From Selaginella moellendorffii (lineage: Eukaryota; Plantae; Lycopodiophyta): DNA of 64,000 nt. Under the pieces are notes generated by a model, which saw only the letters and a program-made list of their open reading frames with translations, had not been told where the DNA came from and did not search any database. Positions 56,001 to 64,000 of this stretch are shown here, piece by piece. The translations under genes were made by a program, and so were the position numbers. The stretch spans positions 310,001 to 374,000 of the forward strand of contig NW_003314391.1 in the NCBI RefSeq assembly GCF_000143415.4. The letters run 5' to 3'. Each line of letters opens with the position of its first letter. Position 1 is the first letter of the stretch.

Positions 56001-59000
56001 CAAAGTCCCTAGGCCCCAGAGTGGAGCTGGAGGGGTGCCACGTGGTAGTGGCCGAAGCGAAAGCCAAACGAGCGTAAAACGTTTGGACTAAAAGCTCCGA
56101 CTTGAAAGGTTGAGAGCGGGAGTGGAACTCCCAACAAAGTGTTCAAGGAACGAGCACGAAGCGAGCAATAAGCGAGGCTCCAAAAAGGGACCCAAAGAGA
56201 CCAACACATGACACGTGGAAGTGTCCGAGATGGACCCGAGTTGGAGTCCGAAGTGGAGTCCGAGATGGAGTCCGAGATGGAGTCCGAGATGGAGTCCGAG
56301 GTGGAGTCCGAGGTGGAGTCCGAGGCGGACCCGAGATGGACCTGAGATGGAGTCCGAGGTGGAGTCCGAGGTGGACCCGAGATGGACCCGAAATGGAGTC
56401 CGAGATGGAGTCCGAGATGGACCCGAGATGGAGTCCGAGATGGAGTCCGAGATGGACCCGAGATGGACCCGAGATGGGACCCGAGATGGACCCGAGACGG
56501 AGTCCGAGGCGGACCCGAGACGGAGTCCGAGGTGGAGTCCGAGATGGAGTCCGAGATAGAGTCCGAGTTGGAGTCCGAGATGGACCCGAGATGGAGTCCA
56601 AAGTCGAGACCGGGACCAAGACCGAGACCGGGACCGAGACCGAGACCGAGACCGAGATCGGGACCGAGAACGAGGCCGAGCCCAAGTCCGAGTCCGACTC
56701 CGAGTCCGGAGCCTGAGAGGGTGAAAGCCCAAAGCGTTCGTCTCCCAGACCCTGGGGGGTTTGGTGAGCTCCAAAAGTATAGTAGGGGGAGGACTGTAGT
56801 GGAGCCAGTTTGGCCAGGAAAGGCCAGTTTGGCCCAGGAAGGCCGGACCCAGTGTTGGGTGATGAGCTGCCCACTGGGAAGTCCAAAACTAGAGTGAACA
56901 TGGACCGACAAGTGGGGTAGATTGGTGAAGTGTTCAAGAGCCGGCTCTAGTTCCCCCGGGAGATCGACTGGCCGATGCTCCCATTCCAAGTGTGGGTGGC
57001 ACTACCTACTTGGATACCAGGCGTGGCTCAACGGAACCTCGCTCTAAGCCCATGGCTAGAGCACCTAAAGGCGAGAGGTGGGGAGAGTACCCAGGTGGCT
57101 CACATAAGGCCACGGTGTTCCGAAATGGTGTCCCAAAGTCCCAGACTGTGGAAAGGAAGAGGGGTAGCCCTCTGGTGGGGTGACCAAGGACACAGTCACA
57201 CAGTGAGGAAGTCCTCGAGGATAGTGGGACTTAGTGGTCGGGCCGGTGGGCCTTGATCCAATGGCAGTGTTGGCGAACACAGCCAAGGATAGAAAGGGAC
57301 TTGGTGGGGACCAGAACAGAGATATTGAGGAAGGCTATTCCCCATGTCTGTAGGCATCCTAAGGAGGTTAAGGAGTGGATCTGGGATGATCCCTCATGGA
57401 CGGATGACCCAGTCTTTGAGAGACGGGATTGGAATGCAGGTGGTGTTGGACCACCAGTGTGACCAAGGTAATTGGGCATGGCCTTAGCGTAACGGGCCGA
57501 TATGTCGGTGGTACCTTGGGGTGTCGATCATGGGATCGGACACGTGGAGCACTTGGACCAAGTGCTAAGGTTGAGTGGCATGGATGCCATTCTTGGGGCT
57601 AGCAAGCCCCAAGTCCTGAGTTGGACTTATGGAGGTTGTGAATGAGACTCCTCCAAGTGGTCGGGGGTGTGGTTAAGTAACTAAAGTAGAATGGAAAAAT
57701 TAGTCGCTTACAACTGCGTCCCTAGCAAATGATGGATAGGAAGTGCTATCCAAATGTCTAAGGTTGCGGAGATGGGAGAAGTCCGTCTACCCGAATTGAA
57801 CAAAGCCAAAAATTGATTTTAGCAAGGCTAGTGATAGGCATATAAAGGCTCATAAGTAACAATGTTAATTCTGATATATAAGATTATAAAGTGTAGCACA
57901 CGTGGTTTTGACCCTTTATCCTATGGTGATTTACCATAGGATAACACCATGAAGCGGAACCTAAATTCTTTTTGTGCCACGTGACAGATGCCACGTGTCA
58001 CATGCCACGTGTCTATGCCACGTGTCCATAGGAACCCGAGGTTCAGGGCCTTGGGCCACAAAACAAAGGAACGGTGCCAAACTCCCAAGCATGGAGCCAA
58101 GGAGTGACGGAACCGAACCACAGAGCAACTCCCAAGCATAAAGCCCAAGGAGCGAAAGGACAGGAGCCCGAAGCAACTTGGAACAGTCCTAGAGTAACCA
58201 GCATCCCAATGCTAGGACTAGCACGCAAAACGGAGCCAAACGAAGTCTAGCGCTATTTCAGCATACTGGTGGCCTAATGCGAGGACATGGGTACTCTACC
58301 AGCTAGCATGGAATGGAACTTGGGCTTAGACCCAAGCCGGACGCAGAACAAAGACAGGCACGCAAGCGGGAGCTAGACTATGCCTCAGGTTGGTCAGCCA
58401 TGCTCGACCTACCCACTATCCCTACTATACATTTGGAACCCCCCAAAGCCAGCCCCCCCCCTGAGGAACACACGCTTTGGGCTTTCACCCCAAGCCTCCC
58501 TTAGTATCAGAAGTTAGTCTCTAGGACAAGCTCGAAACTTACCAAATATGGAATGTCTTTAAATTGCGAATTTGGACACAGGACGAACACCATTGTGTTC
58601 AAGCCAATCTCTACATTCCGTAGATATGCCAAATGAGCAAATCTGGACACTTTCCATAAATAGCATTTGGGACTGAAATAAGACTAACACAAAGGGCATG
58701 ATAGCGAGGGTGTTTGGCAGACACAGTAAGCTATCATCTAGTGATATTGAGGGACCAATCTCAATATCACGGGGGTTCTTGATACTAGCAAGTGCAAGAC
58801 AATGACACAAGTTTCTCAAACCAGGCCGAGTATGCTCAACAAGAAACACATAGGGTTCCTACCTTATGTTTATCCAATCTAAGTGCATGTTCATTGACCA
58901 GTTTCTCAACTAGCTCAAGTGGTAAACTGATAATGGGTCCAGCAATACCGACCTCCTGCCATCGTGGCAGTAAGGAAAGAATATCCGAAAGGACTAGCCG

Positions 59001-59459
59001 ACAGGTAACTTTCGATACCCAAAGTCACATTCGCAACACTCTCCCCTAGGGAAGATCGACGTCCTCGTCGATGCATACTCGAGTCTAGAATACCGCCAAG
59101 GAAACAACTTTAGGAAAAGTTCACGGTATTCACACTATGTGAGAAATGCACCAACTTAAATGAGTTAGGGGGAAACCTCTTTGTCTAACGCGGATGCGCT
59201 ACCAGCTCAGACACCTTCCGGCCATCGCCAACAAGGAAATGACCAACGGAGTCAGCCACCCTTGCTGCTCTGGAAGTCACCCAGCTTACAAAAGTGTGAT
59301 ACGCCCCTGCCTGCAGGAACATAGAGAGAGAAGCCAGAGGCCCCAACCCTCCTGAGCAAAGAAACCAAACCCGTCGGTAAGGTTTAGATAGATTACTATA
59401 AACAGGCAGTTCGAGTTGTTTACACGGTCACGCCCTTTCACGAGAACAAGGAACATCGA

Positions 59460-60090
59460 CAGAGAGGCGGGTTATGTGACCAGTCGACAGTAGCTACCCC
59501 ATGACTAGAGATTTCACCATGCATACGAAGTGCCGAAGCCAGTCTGCCTATATCAGCCCAAAACTCAAACGATCACCAAACGAATGGACCATATCAAAGT
59601 CCGAGACACATGAATATCTCAGAAGCTTCAAGTATCAAGTGATTATTATCTTAGACGTAGACCAGAAAAGTATTCTAAGCAAGTTATCATCCGATAAACT
59701 AGTAGTATAGTACAGGAACCACCAAAATCATCATGTTTGGAAAACATAGGATTGACTATCCAACAAAATTCAATAGCAAGTATATCATCAAGTAAACTCA
59801 AGGATGAAACTTAACTACCGAAGATAGCAGACAGTAAGGCAACAACTTACTAAAGATAACTCAAAGAAAACAAAGTATCATTGACTGACAAGCACAATGC
59901 TTGCAAATGTATCACCTGAAGGAAATAACATCCCAACCTATCAGAACTAACTCGAGTAATAATCAATAGAACAGAATGAATGCGGTAAGATCAACAAACA
60001 CCCATTCATGCCAACTATCACACTAGCCAATTCGAATAGATCCCAGCTAACAACACTAACGAACTCAAGTTGCCTAAGCAAGTGTTAACA
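59460..60090. repeat. Dispersed repeat homologous to 37080-38400
   Basis: Shared GTTATGTGAC.AGT.GACAGTA.CTA, AAGGAAATAACATCCCAACCTATCA and AATAGATCCCA blocks. Confidence 0.7.
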
Positions 60091-60099
60091 ACATCCTAA

Positions 60100-60462
60100 G
60101 GCCCACAGGCTCGACCACTAAATCCCATTGTCCTCTGGGATTTCCTCACCACATGATTGTGTCCTTGATCACTACACCAAAGGATTGTTCTTCTTCCTTT
60201 CCACAGTCTGGGACTTTGGGATAACATTTTGAAACACCATAGCCCTATGCGAGCTTTATAGGTACTCTCCCCACCTTCTGCCTTTGGGTGCTCTAACCAT
60301 GAGCTTAGAGCGAGGTTCTATTGAGCCATGCTAGATATCCAAGTAAATAGTGCCACCCATGCTTGGATTGGGAGCATCGACCATTCGATCTCCTAAGGGA
60401 ACTAGAGCTAGCTTTTGAACACTTAACCAAGCTACCTCACTTATCGGTCTGTATTCACTCTC
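60100..60462 (-). mobile_element. LTR fragment of the 39961 family, inverted
   Basis: Reverse complement of ~40940-41300 (TTTCCACAGTCTGGGACTTTGGG, GCTTAGAGCGAGGTT). Confidence 0.8.
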
Positions 60463-63221
60463 ACATTTTGCTCTAAAATGGATCAATTGAAAAGCAAGCA
60501 TTCAATGATTCAATGATGCAATGGTAGCAAGATGTTACTTTGACCAACACTAGGAGATCTACACTTGGTTGAGCAGTATGAGATGGATATTCTAGGACTT
60601 CTTATGGGGGTGGCACATGCCTAATCTTAAGGGCAACAACCAGGCTCACTAAGATCATGAGGCATATATGGATGCTCTTATAAGCACAAAAAGAATTAGT
60701 AGAAAGCCAAAAAACTGGTATGAAAAGGGCATCTAAACTGAAGTTTTTATTTATAATTTAATTACATTTAAAAGTTTTAAGTAATTATTAATTTCTACTT
60801 TTACCAGCTATTTTATAGAATAAACTGGAAATGCCAAAGACCGTTTCAAAAGTGGATACACTCAGAATTTAACTCATATTAATTTCTAGATAGAAAATTA
60901 AATTATTGCATAAATTGCACAATCTTTACATCCTTATATAGCATCCTCTCAGATCCGTACTCTTGGATGTTCTTGGTGGCCAATCAATTGAAAAGGAAAA
61001 GGGGTAATATTTTGCATTTGTGACTCCAACCTGTGGCCCAAAGCTTAATTGAGCCAAGCTCAATTAAATTTTTTATTGTTAGTAAATGAAAAAGCCATAA
61101 GGAAGGAAGAACTTTATGAGATGAAAAAACTCCTTGAATTATATAGAGTTGGCAAGAGAAAAAACATAAAACAAAAAAAAACCCTATGCAAGCTATTGTG
61201 CTCAAGACATTTCTGGTCTCCACCTCTTTCAGAGGCCTCCTCTCCAGCTTGAGCATGCCACACCCCAACAAAGGAAAAAGAAATAAAACTTTTAAAACTC
61301 TTCAGAGTCACCATCTTAGAAGATCTTGCCCCAACCTCTTTCATATCACCTGATCCAGGAGGTTGACACATGAGAATTAAAAACAGGTATCTTTACATCA
61401 GTTTTTTTACCTGATGTTTGCAATATCCACCTCGAAAGAGTGGCCTAAGTGGTTTCTACACTGCAAAAAGACCCTTCTCCTTGTACTGCCATTGCATTCC
61501 CTTCTTGTGCACGACCATGGCTACAGACACAGCCATGTTGGAGCTATAACATCCAGGATGAAACTGGAAAGTGCGCTGAAGAAAAAAAAAACTCTTGCTG
61601 CCCTTGGAAACATAAGCAGGAATAACTGCAAGTAGCAAGCGAGCTCGCTCTATCTTTGTTGCTCCCTATTGCAAGCCGAGGTCCAGGGATTGTAGCTACC
61701 ATTCTGTGGGGGGAGCAAGTACATCACCATGTAGTTCTCTAGAAAGAAGCTCCTATGCTGTATGAAAGTTGACTGAACTTTGTAGTTGGTAGCACGTTTT
61801 TCTAAAGTTGTGATACTTCATTTTTAACACACAATCTGCTTTAAAAGCCTTCAGCAATGCAGCGTTGGAGTTCCATTGGAGATGAATTCCTGCAGCTCTC
61901 AATATAACACCCCAAAGAACATCTTTTCTTCCAATCTCTTGGATTCGCATTTGCCATTGCTGCCAGATCATCTACAGAGATCACTCTTTCGAAGCTCTGT
62001 GCCTACATTTCATTCACCAGCAATCCTCAACATGATTTTTCCCACAACCATGGTTACTGAGTCTCCCCTGGACCTGTAATCTTGAGCCTCTGTAGATGAT
62101 TATTTATGGCCATTTCTATAAATTCCACCAAGTTCTAGTTGTAGAGATGGAAGCATTCAAGGTTCTTCTTTGATCTTGATATCTCAATCTGCTTGGCCCG
62201 TGAATCCTCCTCCTCAAGCACAAGAGATGATGTCCATCCCAGGCTCCAAGTTTGTCAGTGCAGTTCCACCATATGGGAAGCCATACTTCACATCAAGCCA
62301 ACAGGGCATTGGACAGATGGTAGAACAAATTCCATTGTTGCTAACCTTTTCTTGAGCCTTACACCAAATTTCCAATGCATAGCATGTATCCAAGATATCC
62401 AATTTACTTGTCAACACATCTGAAGTGCTATTAATTTTTCAAATCTCAAGTGTTAGGTGATGTCAGTAATGATAATTCTTCAATGATATAAATTTGATTC
62501 ATAATATGAGTCAAGTTATATCCATAAGTGTGAACATTAACTGCAAACACTGCTCAATAATATTTAGAGCACGTGCCTATAGTTTAGGTTCTTGCACAAC
62601 ACAAAATAAATTTATAGATGAGGATCCATCCAATTTAACAGCATATTTAATATGGTAATATAACATGCCTTATTTATACTCTTTAAAGTTCTAGTAACGA
62701 ATCTAAAACATGTATGAAATATTGATGAGAATGCATCCTTTATATAAAATTTGAAGAAATTAATATTATATCTCTAATAACTTAAACATTGACATGAGCT
62801 AGTTATATTATCATTAAAATATAAAAAATAAAGAATTATGATTGAGATAAAATATATTTTTTATCATGATAAGATAAAATAGGATCTATGATATACTGAT
62901 ATGGTGATAGTGATATGATGATGTGGTGATTTAAGTTATTTGGAATGAATGGCTGCAAGTTAGCTGCCAAGATTATAGTTAAAGTAGCCATTGTTTGTGC
63001 TGAGCATGGGAGTGATTGAATGCACAAGAGATTGAGAGCAAATGATCATTTACACGAGATTTAGGATGCAAGTGATTGAGCATGCAAAAAATTGAGTTGA
63101 GGGCACGAAAGATTTAGTGCAAGATCTAGAAGGGTGATGAAGAACTATGCTACTTGGAATTTATCTAGAGGTATGACATCACTCTTAATCTTGTGTTTGC
63201 CACATTAACATTTAGTATGTT

Positions 63222-63434
63222 NNNNNNNNNNNNNNNNNNNNNNNNNNNNNNNNNNNNNNNNNNNNNNNNNNNNNNNNNNNNNNNNNNNNNNNNNNNNNNN
63301 NNNNNNNNNNNNNNNNNNNNNNNNNNNNNNNNNNNNNNNNNNNNNNNNNNNNNNNNNNNNNNNNNNNNNNNNNNNNNNNNNNNNNNNNNNNNNNNNNNNN
63401 NNNNNNNNNNNNNNNNNNNNNNNNNNNNNNNNNN
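63222..63434. other. Assembly gap
   Basis: Run of N. Confidence 1.
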
Positions 63435-64000
63435 GAAAGGCAAAGTTTTTTGGTAATGCTTTGCTTTAGTGTTTAGGATTATGCATTTTTGTTCTTATTT
63501 TCTCATTCTTTTTTAGATCTAAATTTGTATTAGCTTTTTGCAAGATCTAGAATTTTAAATATAGTTGTGTTTAGATTTGCTCTTCTTTTGATCTTCATTG
63601 CATTCTCTTCTTCTACTATACCTCGCTGTCATTGATCAAAAAGGATATCACTTGAGATTGCTAATATTGCTTCATTAGATCAAACTTTTGGTGCTATAGG
63701 GTGTAATTATGTTGGTGTTACACCCATCCTTGGTGTGTTCCCGTCTCTAACTTCTGTGGGACATGATTACATAGCTTATCATGTTCTCAATGTTTTTCCA
63801 TCTTTTGTTGATGTGAAGGATGATTGTGCATTGATTGGTGTGCTATGGATGATGCAGTCTAGTTCTTGGAGAATGTTTGAGGATGAATTTATAGGAAGAT
63901 GATGTGTATGAGCTTGAATGGATTCTAGATAGAACTTGATTATTATAGAAATAGTTTTGGATATGAAGTGGAGATTTCACGGGGTAGGTGTCAATCATTC

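Larger units (their letters stand above)
39961..57712 (+). mobile_element. LTR retroelement with long LTRs and non-coding internal domain (LARD-like), containing nested insertions
   Basis: LTRs 39961-41764 and 55992-57712 (TGTGAG...CTTACA), PBS TGGTATCGGAGCC 41768-41780 (tRNA-iMet), PPT ATGGGTGGTGGAG, TSD ACTGC (39956-39960 / 57713-57717). No gag-pol ORF seen. Confidence 0.93.

Noticed and set aside
60500-64000. Short ORFs and possible transposon or gene remnants (also 21.8-24.4 kb and 34.1-34.7 kb)
   Set aside because: No motif I could assign confidently without a database search.

Overview
Compact land-plant genomic DNA. Tiny 40-100 nt introns, PLS-type PPR genes and telo-boxes suggest a lycophyte such as Selaginella (inference). 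About 1-32.6 kb is gene-dense: three PPR genes, two atypical nucleoredoxins, an aldo-keto reductase, PEX1, an At5g19025-like gene, a class III peroxidase, a UDP-glycosyltransferase and a cluster of housekeeping-gene relics. About 32.9-61 kb is a nest of retroelements: a TRIM, a 5S-rRNA-containing (Cassandra-like) TRIM and a 17.7-kb LTR element (39961-57712, TSD ACTGC). That element contains a second LTR element (44368-54481, TSD GCGTG). The main finding lies inside the inner element. A 5'-truncated L1/Tx1-type LINE and two 1.65-kb non-coding elements are stacked head-to-tail. They share a covarying 3' stem-loop, and each is followed by the same 16-17 nt of 26S rDNA (ACAAAGTCGGACTAGA[G]). The last copy runs into about 720 bp of antisense 26S rDNA. 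This pattern fits a 26S-rDNA site-specific LINE plus a non-autonomous partner, targeting a site about 150-160 nt downstream of the classical R2 site.
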